Shown piece after piece: positions 1-8,697 of a DNA stretch of 64,000 bases. The first letter of the stretch is position 1, and each line of letters begins with the position of its first letter. This DNA comes from Candidatus Kerfeldbacteria bacterium. Its GTDB lineage: Bacteria > Patescibacteriota > Patescibacteriia > UBA10025 > JAHIVO01. The stretch spans positions 536,007 through 600,006 of the forward strand of contig JACROE010000002.1 in NCBI GenBank assembly GCA_016214565.1, written 5' to 3'. The position numbers and the translations under genes were made by a program. The notes below the pieces were generated by a model. The model saw only the letters and a list, made by a program, of their open reading frames with translations, was not told where the DNA came from and did no database searches.

Positions 1-43
1 TTACTCACATATCGTGACGGTGACGTGCACGGGCGATTTTTAA
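1..43 (+). CDS. 3' end of a third paralog of the secreted WxL-like proteins (partial)
   Basis: Frame 2 reads YSHIVTVTCTGDF-stop (TAA 41-43), matching the C-termini YSHIVTWTATANF and YSHIVTWTATGNF of the next two genes. Confidence 0.8.
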   Translation, partial: YSHIVTVTCTGDF

Positions 44-51
44 TTAAATCA

Positions 52-80
52 TTGACAAGAGGCGTGAAAAGTGCTAAAAT
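52..80 (+). promoter_or_regulatory. sigma70-type promoter
   Basis: TTGACA-17nt-TAAAAT with extended TG, upstream of ATG 149. Confidence 0.75.
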
Positions 81-148
81 GATAGTAGAATATAGGAAAT
101 TTGTGCGTTTTTGCACACCAATATTCAAAAAACCAACACAAAAATCAT

Positions 149-1207
149 ATGAAACATAAAGTCATAGCTGCGGTTTTTAGTTCCCAAACAACGACCAATC
201 TGAATCGGGTGGCCACACTCGTCACGCTGATTGCCATGCTTGGGGTAATTTTAGTCTATCCGGGCACGCAGGTAAAAGCGGTTGGTATCGATGCGGTGAC
301 CGCTTCGGTACCAGAAGGTTCTGATGCCACCGGCGCTGCTGCTGCGGTGACCGTTACTTTTGAATCTTCTGTGCTCTCAAATGGCGAGGTGTTTACAATA
401 TATTTGGGAGAGGATACGACCGGTGATGAGTGGGGATTAAATGCAGTGGCCACTGGAGATATTTCATGTTCAGATAATGGAACTGGTGAAACATATACCG
501 TTGGTTCAGTAAATGCCGCATCAGCCACTCTGCCGATGCGCACAGCGATCACGGCTACGACTGTCGGTACTGGCGCCACGACTACCACTTGCGTGATTGG
601 TGACGGCACTCCAAATCCAACGAACCCCACAGTAGCGGATGGTTATTCTGTTGCGGTGGTTACCAGCGCTGATTCTGGAGCTGGTATTATTTACATCGGT
701 GACGCAAACGATGTTACGGTATCGGTGAATGTATTGCCCAACTTGACGCTGACGATTGATAATGCGGATGGCACGAATTGTACTACATCATCAGGCGTAA
801 CTTCGTGTAATCTCGGTACCGTGCTGACCACTACCGTTGGTCAAGGGAATTATGATGTTAACGTCGGTACCAACGCTACGAGTGGAGCTACTTTACAGAT
901 CGCCGAGGATGGCAATCTGCGTAATGGCGCAAATGAGATTGCTGATGCTACTGAAAATGATACGATCGTAGCAGGAACGACTGATTACGGCATCGCCGTC
1001 GCATCAGATGGCGGATGGACGGAGCAGGGTAACTTTAATGATGATGATACGCCTATTCCGACCGGGCCGGCCACGGTGGCTACGACAGCAGGGGCAGTCG
1101 CCTATACCAATGATGTGACCGTAACGCACAAGGTCGCGGTGGATTCTACGGTTCCTGCGCTGGTCTATTCACACATTGTGACATGGACGGCGACAGCAAA
1201 TTTCTAG
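149..1207 (+). CDS. Secreted Thr/Gly/Asp-rich beta-sheet surface protein with WxL-like C-terminal domain
   Basis: N-terminal hydrophobic segment ending in VKA; paired Cys; C-terminal YxxxVTWT motif; highly similar to 1229-2317. ATG 149 preferred over TTG 101. Confidence 0.7.
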   Translation: MKHKVIAAVFSSQTTTNLNRVATLVTLIAMLGVILVYPGTQVKAVGIDAVTASVPEGSDATGAAAAVTVTFESSVLSNGEVFTIYLGEDTTGDEWGLNAVATGDISCSDNGTGETYTVGSVNAASATLPMRTAITATTVGTGATTTTCVIGDGTPNPTNPTVADGYSVAVVTSADSGAGIIYIGDANDVTVSVNVLPNLTLTIDNADGTNCTTSSGVTSCNLGTVLTTTVGQGNYDVNVGTNATSGATLQIAEDGNLRNGANEIADATENDTIVAGTTDYGIAVASDGGWTEQGNFNDDDTPIPTGPATVATTAGAVAYTNDVTVTHKVAVDSTVPALVYSHIVTWTATANF

Positions 1208-1228
1208 TGGCCTCAAACAAAAATAAAA

Positions 1229-2317
1229 ATGAAAACCAAAAAAACAACTCATAGCTTTTTTGGCATCCGGCTCCGGGATGAAGCAACTGGCCGGCTCTTT
1301 CGTTTTGAACACGATCTACTGACGCTGGTAATTGTTTTTGCGGTTGTTGCTTTTGGCGTACGTTATTATTTACCACGTTTAGATGCTGCTGGTTTAGATA
1401 GTGTTACGGTGTCATTAAGTAATGAAACAGTTAATACTGATGCGCGTGTCACCGTTTCATTTGAAGTAGGGAATTTATCGAACGGCGAGACGATTGGGAT
1501 TTATTTGGGGGAGGATACGACTGGTGATGAATGGCAGCTCGACGGTATCACGACTAGTCATATTAGCTGTAGTGATAATGGTGCGGGTGAAACGTATACA
1601 GCGACGGCGGTCAATGCGGCGAGTGCCAGCGTGGCCATGAACGTTGCTTTTACTGCTACGACAGTTGGTGCCGGTGCCACGACCGTGACGTGTTTGATCG
1701 GCGATGGCGGCGCTAATAATCCCAACAACCCGACGGTAGCTGATGGTTATTCAGTTGCAGTTGCGACGACTGAGGATGCGGGTGCGGGCATCGCCTACGT
1801 GGGTAATGCAAACGATGTGACGGTGTCAGTTCAACTATTGTCTAATCTAGCATTAACTGTGAATAATGCTGATGGCACCCGCTGCACGACCACCGCTGGT
1901 GTAACGAGTTGTAATTTGGGGACAGTGTTAACAACCACCGTGGCTCAAGGGAATTACGATGTGAATGTTGGCACTAATGCTTCAAGCGGCGCCACGTTGC
2001 AGCTCACCAGCGACGGCCAGCTGCGGAATGGTGCGAATACAATTGCCGCCTATGTTGAGGATTCGGGAGCGATAAGCGCCGGTACGGAGGAATATGGTAT
2101 TGATTTGGCCTCTGATGTCGGGTGGACGGAGCAGGGTAATTTTACGGATGACGCAACTGCCGTACCTACCTCGCCTACTAACGTCGCGACCACTGCCGCT
2201 GAAAATGATATTGCCGGAGCAGATATTACCGTCACGCATAAAGTAGCCATTGATTCGACCGTGCCAGCGTTTCTCTACTCACATATCGTGACCTGGACGG
2301 CCACGGGAAATTTCTAG
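1229..2317 (+). CDS. Tandem paralog of the WxL-like secreted surface protein
   Basis: Shares IYLGEDTTGDEW, NPTVADGYSVAV, SCNLGTVLTTTV, WTEQGNF and YSHIVTWTAT with the upstream gene. Confidence 0.7.
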   Translation: MKTKKTTHSFFGIRLRDEATGRLFRFEHDLLTLVIVFAVVAFGVRYYLPRLDAAGLDSVTVSLSNETVNTDARVTVSFEVGNLSNGETIGIYLGEDTTGDEWQLDGITTSHISCSDNGAGETYTATAVNAASASVAMNVAFTATTVGAGATTVTCLIGDGGANNPNNPTVADGYSVAVATTEDAGAGIAYVGNANDVTVSVQLLSNLALTVNNADGTRCTTTAGVTSCNLGTVLTTTVAQGNYDVNVGTNASSGATLQLTSDGQLRNGANTIAAYVEDSGAISAGTEEYGIDLASDVGWTEQGNFTDDATAVPTSPTNVATTAAENDIAGADITVTHKVAIDSTVPAFLYSHIVTWTATGNF

Positions 2318-2418
2318 CTTAATCAACGAATAACCTTCGGCTTTGCCTGCCTGGAGTACAGACCTGGCATGCTTTTTTATTGTCTAAATTATTTTTTTGC
2401 GCTATACTTTTCACTATT

Positions 2419-3477
2419 ATGGAGGTACCCAGGAGACAGCACACACATTTTCTTTTTTGGCTGACCATCAGCGTTTGTGTCGCGACTGGTTTTTTTCTTT
2501 TTGGACACGTCAGCCAAGCGCAGGCTGTGACCATTTCACAGCTGAACCTCGAGATTAATGCAGATCCCGGCGAAACGATTGAACAGGTTGTTCAGGTGTA
2601 TGACGATTCGAAGAGTGGCGTCACGGTTTTCCCGTGGGTTTACAATTTTACCCAGGATCCAAGTCGCGAGGGGTCGGCTTTAATATTGACCGATCCGAAG
2701 GATCTCAAGCCCGACCGTGCCTGGATACAATATGACCAGGCGCTGGTCGCTCTGCCCGCTGATGGAACATTGGTTGACTTTCCGTATCGCATTGTGGTGC
2801 CTGAGGATGCTGAGCCAGGTACCCATCTCATTTCATTAGTCTTCCGCACGCGTGCGCCTCAAGATGCTGAAGAAGAAGGTACGGAAGTGATCATCGGTGC
2901 TAACGTGGCTTTAGATATTTTTCTCAAAGTGTCAGGCGTGACGATTGATACGATTGATGCCGATTTTCAAGTCGGACATTTTGCCAATACAGATCCGCAG
3001 ACGTCATTAGCCGAGCGAAAAAAAACATTTACGCCAAAAACATTCTTCACGAAACCACCCGTGGATTTCCTGCTGGAGGTGGTCAATCAGGGGAATACCC
3101 ATCAGAAGCCAGACGGTAACATCAAAATCATCAACGACCTGATTGGCGGAGAACCTGAACAATATGCCATCAATCAGGATGGAAAAATTGTTTTGCCAGG
3201 AACTTCACGTCTCTATGAAACGCCACGATTTGGTCAGGGATTCATGTTTGGTAAGTACCGCGCCCAGCTCACGCTCTTGTATGGCAATCCATTGAAGCCA
3301 TTGAATAAGGAAGTCAGTTTTTGGATTGTGCCGGTACTGGAAATTAGCATTGCCCTGGGGATCCTGCTGCTCTTAATTGTTTCGGTTATTTTCTACATAA
3401 TCTGGCGGAGAAAAAAAGACCGGGAGAAAGAACAGCGCATTCGCGAGCAAGTTCGCCAGGAGATGCAGCAGCAATAG
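2419..3477 (+). CDS. DUF916/DUF3324-like (WxL-interacting, CscA-like) membrane-anchored protein
   Basis: Signal peptide, PGET motif, IVVPEDAEPGTH, second domain with VVNQGNTH, C-terminal TM helix followed by RRKK. Confidence 0.65.
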   Translation: MEVPRRQHTHFLFWLTISVCVATGFFLFGHVSQAQAVTISQLNLEINADPGETIEQVVQVYDDSKSGVTVFPWVYNFTQDPSREGSALILTDPKDLKPDRAWIQYDQALVALPADGTLVDFPYRIVVPEDAEPGTHLISLVFRTRAPQDAEEEGTEVIIGANVALDIFLKVSGVTIDTIDADFQVGHFANTDPQTSLAERKKTFTPKTFFTKPPVDFLLEVVNQGNTHQKPDGNIKIINDLIGGEPEQYAINQDGKIVLPGTSRLYETPRFGQGFMFGKYRAQLTLLYGNPLKPLNKEVSFWIVPVLEISIALGILLLLIVSVIFYIIWRRKKDREKEQRIREQVRQEMQQQ

Positions 3478-3487
3478 ACTGTCGATG

Positions 3488-3526
3488 AAAAACCGCCCGT
3501 TGAGTATACTCAGGGGCGGCGGTTTT
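3488..3526. terminator. Bidirectional intrinsic terminator
   Basis: AAAACCGCC...GGCGGTTTT hairpin between convergent genes. Confidence 0.7.
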
Positions 3527-3544
3527 GGGTTTGTGCGAGGAAAG

Positions 3545-3760
3545 CTAAGGCAACGGCGTGGCGATACGAAGAATTTTTTTCACAAGAGCTGGTTCGATGA
3601 ATTTCTCCTTGATGGAGAGCAGGCCATTTTCGACGGTGCCAATCATATCTGCTTTGCGGTAGAGGCCTCCGTACATGGTGGTGGGATTCAGTCCCAGGGC
3701 TTGGGAAACTTCAACTTCAGGCATCTTCGGTTTGTGAAGCCTATATACTTTATATGTCAT
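3545..3760 (-). CDS. Small hypothetical protein (71 aa)
   Basis: AGGAG SD 6 nt before ATG 3760; own promoter (3802-3830); terminator downstream. Confidence 0.6.
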   Translation of the reverse strand: MTYKVYRLHKPKMPEVEVSQALGLNPTTMYGGLYRKADMIGTVENGLLSIKEKFIEPALVKKILRIATPLP

Positions 3761-3801
3761 GGACACTCCTGTTGTGTTTTTTATTTTTTTGGGAAGTAGT
3801 T

Positions 3802-3881
3802 AGTATAGTGCGGAAACCTGCGCACGTCAAAGACGCGGATGAGCCAGACTTTTTGACGGCAATCCCCGTGGCTGGTAAGAT
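3802..3881. promoter_or_regulatory. Divergent sigma70-type promoters
   Basis: Minus strand TTGACG-17-TATACT (3830-3802); plus strand TTGACG-17-TAAGAT with extended TG (3853-3881). Confidence 0.65.
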
Positions 3882-3958
3882 GGCCTAATATATCAAAAAC
3901 AGCTCGTTTTATCGTAATTCCATACATCAACCATCGGCAAAACCACAAGGAGGTTATC

Positions 3959-4591
3959 ATGCCGAAATCTCTAAAACTAGTTCAGAATACCCTACAAGGC
4001 CTATTTGAGGTTTATGCGGGGGAATTTGATCCAGATGAGTTTTTTGCTGACACCAGTCGGCACGATGTGATGAAGCTTGCGGTCCAGCTGGGCCGTGACG
4101 GCGCGATCACCCTTGATCGCATCATGGAGTACGTACAGGCGTCATATGATGTCAGTATGGATGATGCTCCGGCATTTGCCATGAAGCTCTTCCGGACGCT
4201 GCAGCGGTTGTCAGAGGAAAGCGATTTACCGTTCTCATCTGATACCCCGACCACGCGGCGCCCTCGGAAGACGCGTCAGCCGAAAGGCAAGACGGTGCAA
4301 CCGTCGAAGGATGCGTCGTCTCCTGGCCGTTCTCGCTCGGCGAATTCTCCGCTGTCGAAATTTATCACCGCTTGCGGTGATGAAGCGGCGGCAACTCAGC
4401 TCTTGACTGATGCGATCCGCAAAGCCGGAAAGGAAAAGGCACATGGCGCCATCGGCCGTGCTTTTGAAGAGATTCTGGTGAATAACCCGAAGCAGTTTAA
4501 TTTCCTGAAGAAGCTGAATGCCCCGGGTCGGACATACATCGTCAAGCAGCTCGGAATCGATGCCAAGAAGGTGCTGAAGAGCAAGGAGTAG
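3959..4591 (+). CDS. Hypothetical protein (two helical regions joined by a basic Ser/Pro-rich linker)
   Basis: 210-aa ORF with AAGGAGG SD, probably co-transcribed with the sigma factor. Confidence 0.7.
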   Translation: MPKSLKLVQNTLQGLFEVYAGEFDPDEFFADTSRHDVMKLAVQLGRDGAITLDRIMEYVQASYDVSMDDAPAFAMKLFRTLQRLSEESDLPFSSDTPTTRRPRKTRQPKGKTVQPSKDASSPGRSRSANSPLSKFITACGDEAAATQLLTDAIRKAGKEKAHGAIGRAFEEILVNNPKQFNFLKKLNAPGRTYIVKQLGIDAKKVLKSKE

Positions 4592-4594
4592 CTC

Positions 4595-6145
4595 ATGCGT
4601 AATACCATTATTACCAGTGACGGAATGATTCCGTCTCGAGCTTCACCATTCCCCACTCGTGCGGAGCTGATATTGATTGCTCGGATCGAAGACCACTATG
4701 GTTGTCAGGATCGCATGGACGACCTCTTGCGCGAGTGGCACCACGTCCGCGGACTGTCTTTGTCGGCGATTGCGCTGATTTGGACATCAGTATTGGGCAA
4801 TGACATTGCCCTGTCCTGGCTCGAATACCTGGCGGAACGGTATGGCGTCGCGGTCAGAGCACATGACAATGCGCTGGTTGAGACGACCATAGCGGCCGGG
4901 GCAGCCATTGCCTCGGCAGATTCAGCCGAACCCTTCAGTGGGATCGGCGGCGGCATTATTGCCCAACGCATCGTGAATCTTTGGCAATATAATCGTAGTT
5001 GGTCGCGTGTTTTGAGTCGGCTGTTCCAGCAGGACAATCGCGTCACACTTTCGTGGCTGCAATCGTTCGTGGTTCAGCACGGAGCGGCGTTTGTTAATTT
5101 GGTAAAGGCGAGCGATCTTCGTTTGCTCTTTGCAAATGACGGTTCGGTCGTTATCGAAGCGCTTCCTCAGGAAGTGTCCGAGCCGGCTCAACTAGCCGTC
5201 CGCCAAAAACGCAAACGCACCACGCGCTCATCAGCTCAACTGGCTCGATCGTCTGATCGCCCCAAAAGCGATCGGACACCTGGCCTCAGGGACGAGGATC
5301 GATCGCTTGTTGTATATTTCCGAGAAGTTGGAAAAACGCATTTGATTGATACTGCTGAAGAGGTTCGTCTGGCGCAGCGTATCCGGAAGGGTGACCAGTG
5401 CGCGTATGAAAAATTGGTTAATGCCAATTTGCGCTTTGTTACTTCGGTGGCAAAGCAATACCAAAATCAGGGCGTATCCCTCGGCGATTTGATCAATGAG
5501 GGGAACATCGGCCTGATGAAGGCAGCTAAGCGATTTGACGAAACACGGGGATTTAAGTTTATCTCTTATGCGGTCTGGTGGATCCGCCAAGCAATCCTTC
5601 AGGCTCTGGCAGAGAATTCCCGCATCGTCCGACTGCCCCTGAATCGGTCGGGTAAGCTCTATAAGATACGGAAGACGAGCGATCGTCTCACTCAAGTCTT
5701 AGGACGCGAACCAACCCCTGATGAAATCGCTATTGAACTCGCCTTAAGCGAGGATGAGGTAGACTATACCATGTCGATTGCAGACACTCATCTTTCGCTT
5801 GATATGCCGCTTTCCGATGAACTTGGTAGTGATAATCTGATTGATCGGATCGAGGACACGTCAAGCGTGTCCGCTGATCATTCATTTATGACCAAGTCGT
5901 TGCGTGCCGAAATCGAAAAGGCGCTGGATACCTTAACTGCCCGACAGGCAGACGTGGTGACTCTGTATTTTGGGCTCAATCATGAACATCCGATGACTTT
6001 GGAGGAAATCGGAGCTCAATTTTCCCTGACTCGAGAGCGAGTCAGGCAGATCAAAGAACTGGCGATTCGAAGGCTGCGTCACGCCAGCCGTTCCCGGTCG
6101 CTCCGATCGTATCTCGATACATTTGAACAAGGAGGAAATCATTAA
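4595..6145 (+). CDS. RpoD/RpoS-family sigma70 factor with ~230-aa N-terminal extension
   Basis: Region 1.2 YFREVG; region 2 ANLRFVTSVAKQY, DLINEGNIGL, FISYAVWWIRQAI; region 4 TLEEIG...TRERVRQIKE; AAGGAG SD. Confidence 0.9.
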   Translation: MRNTIITSDGMIPSRASPFPTRAELILIARIEDHYGCQDRMDDLLREWHHVRGLSLSAIALIWTSVLGNDIALSWLEYLAERYGVAVRAHDNALVETTIAAGAAIASADSAEPFSGIGGGIIAQRIVNLWQYNRSWSRVLSRLFQQDNRVTLSWLQSFVVQHGAAFVNLVKASDLRLLFANDGSVVIEALPQEVSEPAQLAVRQKRKRTTRSSAQLARSSDRPKSDRTPGLRDEDRSLVVYFREVGKTHLIDTAEEVRLAQRIRKGDQCAYEKLVNANLRFVTSVAKQYQNQGVSLGDLINEGNIGLMKAAKRFDETRGFKFISYAVWWIRQAILQALAENSRIVRLPLNRSGKLYKIRKTSDRLTQVLGREPTPDEIAIELALSEDEVDYTMSIADTHLSLDMPLSDELGSDNLIDRIEDTSSVSADHSFMTKSLRAEIEKALDTLTARQADVVTLYFGLNHEHPMTLEEIGAQFSLTRERVRQIKELAIRRLRHASRSRSLRSYLDTFEQGGNH

Positions 6146-6147
6146 GC

Positions 6148-6190
6148 AAGTCGTTATGCACCATCACACGCATGACGACTTTTCTTTTTT
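6148..6190 (+). terminator. Intrinsic terminator of sigma operon
   Basis: AAGTCGTTATGC / GCATGACGACTT stem followed by T-run. Confidence 0.75.
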
Positions 6191-6192
6191 AC

Positions 6193-6410
6193 AAAAAGAA
6201 AACCCTCATCAACGATCCTCTTACGCTTCAGCGACGTGAATTCCTTATGCGTCCGGACACGTTCCTACTCGCGTTGGACTAGGGAGGGTGATTGATGAGG
6301 GGCAAACCGCCAAAGAAAGGCGGGATCGGAACAGGCTGCATCGCTGGGAAGATGCAGATCAGCGCAACGGGCTGAGTCAGGAGAGCGGGACAAAAGAGCC
6401 GGTGAACTAT
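6193..6410 (-). ncRNA. Candidate structured small RNA
   Basis: Minus-strand promoter TTGCCT-16-TAGAGT (6444-6417), several hairpins, ends in CCCTCATCAA/TTGATGAGGG stem plus U-run; no convincing ORF. Confidence 0.35.
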
Positions 6411-6478
6411 GCCGTTACTCTAACATGTTTGGCCACTGAGGCAATAGTGTGTCTCAGGCAGTTTGGTGCTTACGTTAC

Positions 6479-6507
6479 TTGACAAAGGCCTAAAAATGCG
6501 CTATAAT
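6479..6507 (+). promoter_or_regulatory. Consensus sigma70 promoter
   Basis: TTGACA-17nt-TATAAT upstream of 6571. Confidence 0.85.
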
Positions 6508-6570
6508 TATGGTGTATTCAATACAAAACCGTATTGAAGCTTTTAAAAAAGCAAAAACAAAAAATAAAAA

Positions 6571-7272
6571 ATGGAGCGGATACAACATTATTTATATCGT
6601 AAAATACGGGTCGCCACAGTCATTGTGGTGGCTGTTTTGGTGATCATGGGCTCAAGCATTGGACTGTATGTTCAAGCGAGTTCCACCTCGAATTTTCAGC
6701 AAACCATAAATGCCGGGACTCTTGCCGTTGATATCGTGAATGGCAGTTATGTTACGGTGGGGAGTCCGTCGGTTGCCATGGGAGCCGTGACGTTTAGTTT
6801 TGGCTGTCAGACTGCGACGGGAACGTTTGGCAGTGCCACCCAACAAATTTACGTTTCGAATCCGGATGCGGCAGATAATGGATGGACCGTGTCATTGGCT
6901 GGATCAGCCGCTACCGCGGTGTGGGATAGCGCGGGTACTGACTATGATTTTAATGATCCCACTACGTCTGGATGCGCTGACGGCGCCGACGCGGACAGTT
7001 TAGCTGGACAATTAACCGTCGATCCAAATGCGGGAACCTTGGCTACCGGTCAGTGCAGCAGCTGTGCCACATCAAATATTACCAAAGGAACATCGACTGG
7101 CTTTAATCAGGGAACAACTGATAGTATTACCATTTTGACCGGTGCCGCCGCCTCGAATGATATTGGCGATTGGACATTGCAAGGGGTTAGCCTCTCACAA
7201 AAAATTCCGGCGGAACAGCCCGCAGCTGCTGATTATGATATCAATACGACCTTATCCATCGTTGCATCATAA
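6571..7272 (+). CDS. Small secreted WxL-like domain protein
   Basis: Signal peptide ending in VQA; QIYVSNPDAADNGWTVSL (WxL-type V-x-D/N...GWxV/L); C-terminal YDINTTLSIVAS. Confidence 0.7.
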   Translation: MERIQHYLYRKIRVATVIVVAVLVIMGSSIGLYVQASSTSNFQQTINAGTLAVDIVNGSYVTVGSPSVAMGAVTFSFGCQTATGTFGSATQQIYVSNPDAADNGWTVSLAGSAATAVWDSAGTDYDFNDPTTSGCADGADADSLAGQLTVDPNAGTLATGQCSSCATSNITKGTSTGFNQGTTDSITILTGAAASNDIGDWTLQGVSLSQKIPAEQPAAADYDINTTLSIVAS

Positions 7273-7294
7273 TTTATTACGTTTTGATTTTTTC

Positions 7295-7324
7295 AGGCGG
7301 CGCATTACTGCGCCGCTTTTCTTT
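7295..7324 (+). terminator. Intrinsic terminator
   Basis: GGCGGCGCA / TGCGCCGCT stem followed by T-run. Confidence 0.7.
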
Positions 7325-7353
7325 TGATTTATTTTTGGTATACTGGAAGGGTT

Positions 7354-8694
7354 ATGAAGAAACAAATCGTTGTGATGGCGATCGCTGTGGGCGTCGGATT
7401 TTTACTGGCATCCCCGATCTCCGTTCATGCCATTGAGTATGGTGGTATTGGTGGCCGACCGGCCAATCCTCGAGCGGATAATCCCCGCACGCAGGATATT
7501 TTTGTATACACGCTCGAATCCGGGTCAAGCTATGATGATGGCATTGTGGTGATCAATAACACGCAGGAAGAGAAAACGATATATCTCTATTCAGCTGATT
7601 CGACGCCGTCTTCTGATGGAGGTTTTGCTTGTAAACAGTATTTAGAGTCGACCAAGAAACTGTCCACCGACAAGAACGGTGTTGGTTCATGGATTACCTT
7701 TGCCGTGGTACCACAAGAGCGTCTCGTCCGAGCCCCTGATGCGCTCGAGGGCGCTGATACCGATGGAGATAGTTTAACCGATGCACAAGAAGTTGAATTT
7801 GGCACCGACCCAACCGAGGCAGATACTGACGGGGATGGTGATGCTGACGCTCTTGAAGTAGCAGAGGGGAACGATCCATTGCAACCGGTAGTGTTGACAC
7901 TCGCTCCGGTGACTAATGCCGTCGTACCATTTACTATTCAGGTGCCGCAGGATGCCGATGTGGGCGAGCTAGATGGGTGCATTCTTATCCAGGAGAAACC
8001 AAAAGCACAAGACGCGACCGCTGAGGGTATTAGCATCGCGACGCGTACGGGGCTGCGCGTATCCGTAACTATCCCTGGTGAGATACGCCGGCAATTGGAG
8101 ATCATAGGATTGACGGTCACTCCACAGACGAATTGGAGCGCAGTGATCCGTCCGACGGTTCGAAACAGCGGTAACGTATCAGTTGATGCACTGGTGCGTG
8201 TTGTGACTAAGAATTTCTTGGGTCAGATGGTGGCGGATCATGGTGGTGAGTATTCTATTTTACGCGAGACGACTTCCTCGTGGAATTATGAGTTGCCCGC
8301 TCAATTTTGGGGAGGGTGGTTCCATACCACCATGATGGTCGATTATGATCGTGACGCGACTCTGGAATTGGGCAAAACTGGCGTGGATCATGTGCAGCTC
8401 TCGGGCCCGACCGTGACCTTTTTCTTGATGCCCTCTCTCTACGCATTGTTGATATATGGCGGTGTCATGTTATTACTAATATTTTTGGCAGGAGTGTGGT
8501 GGTGGACGCGCCGTCGGAAACTTTGGATTGAGAAAACCTGGGTTTCATACAAGATAAAAAAAGGGGATACCGTCAAGAGTATTGTGAAACGATATAATGT
8601 ATCATGGCAGCTACTGGTCAAGGTAAATCGCATGAAAGCGCCGTTTGATCTGACTCCCGGCACCTCGATTAAAGTTCCTCCCCCAACTCCATAA
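7354..8694 (+). CDS. DUF916-like protein with Ca-binding DTDGD insert, TM anchor and C-terminal LysM
   Basis: IFVYTLESGSSYDDGIVVINNT...YSADS...GGF; VPFTIQVPQDADVG; NSGNV; DTDGDSLTD repeats; TM then YKIKKGDTVKSIVKRYNVSWQLLVKVN...PGTSIKVP. Confidence 0.75.
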   Translation: MKKQIVVMAIAVGVGFLLASPISVHAIEYGGIGGRPANPRADNPRTQDIFVYTLESGSSYDDGIVVINNTQEEKTIYLYSADSTPSSDGGFACKQYLESTKKLSTDKNGVGSWITFAVVPQERLVRAPDALEGADTDGDSLTDAQEVEFGTDPTEADTDGDGDADALEVAEGNDPLQPVVLTLAPVTNAVVPFTIQVPQDADVGELDGCILIQEKPKAQDATAEGISIATRTGLRVSVTIPGEIRRQLEIIGLTVTPQTNWSAVIRPTVRNSGNVSVDALVRVVTKNFLGQMVADHGGEYSILRETTSSWNYELPAQFWGGWFHTTMMVDYDRDATLELGKTGVDHVQLSGPTVTFFLMPSLYALLIYGGVMLLLIFLAGVWWWTRRRKLWIEKTWVSYKIKKGDTVKSIVKRYNVSWQLLVKVNRMKAPFDLTPGTSIKVPPPTP

Positions 8695-8697
8695 GGT

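Noticed and set aside
6300-6340. GGCAAACCGCC...GAAAGGCGGGA resembling a c-di-GMP-I riboswitch
   Set aside because: Lacks the GACGCAAA and downstream P3 consensus, and lies upstream of the 6479 promoter, so it is not in that gene's leader
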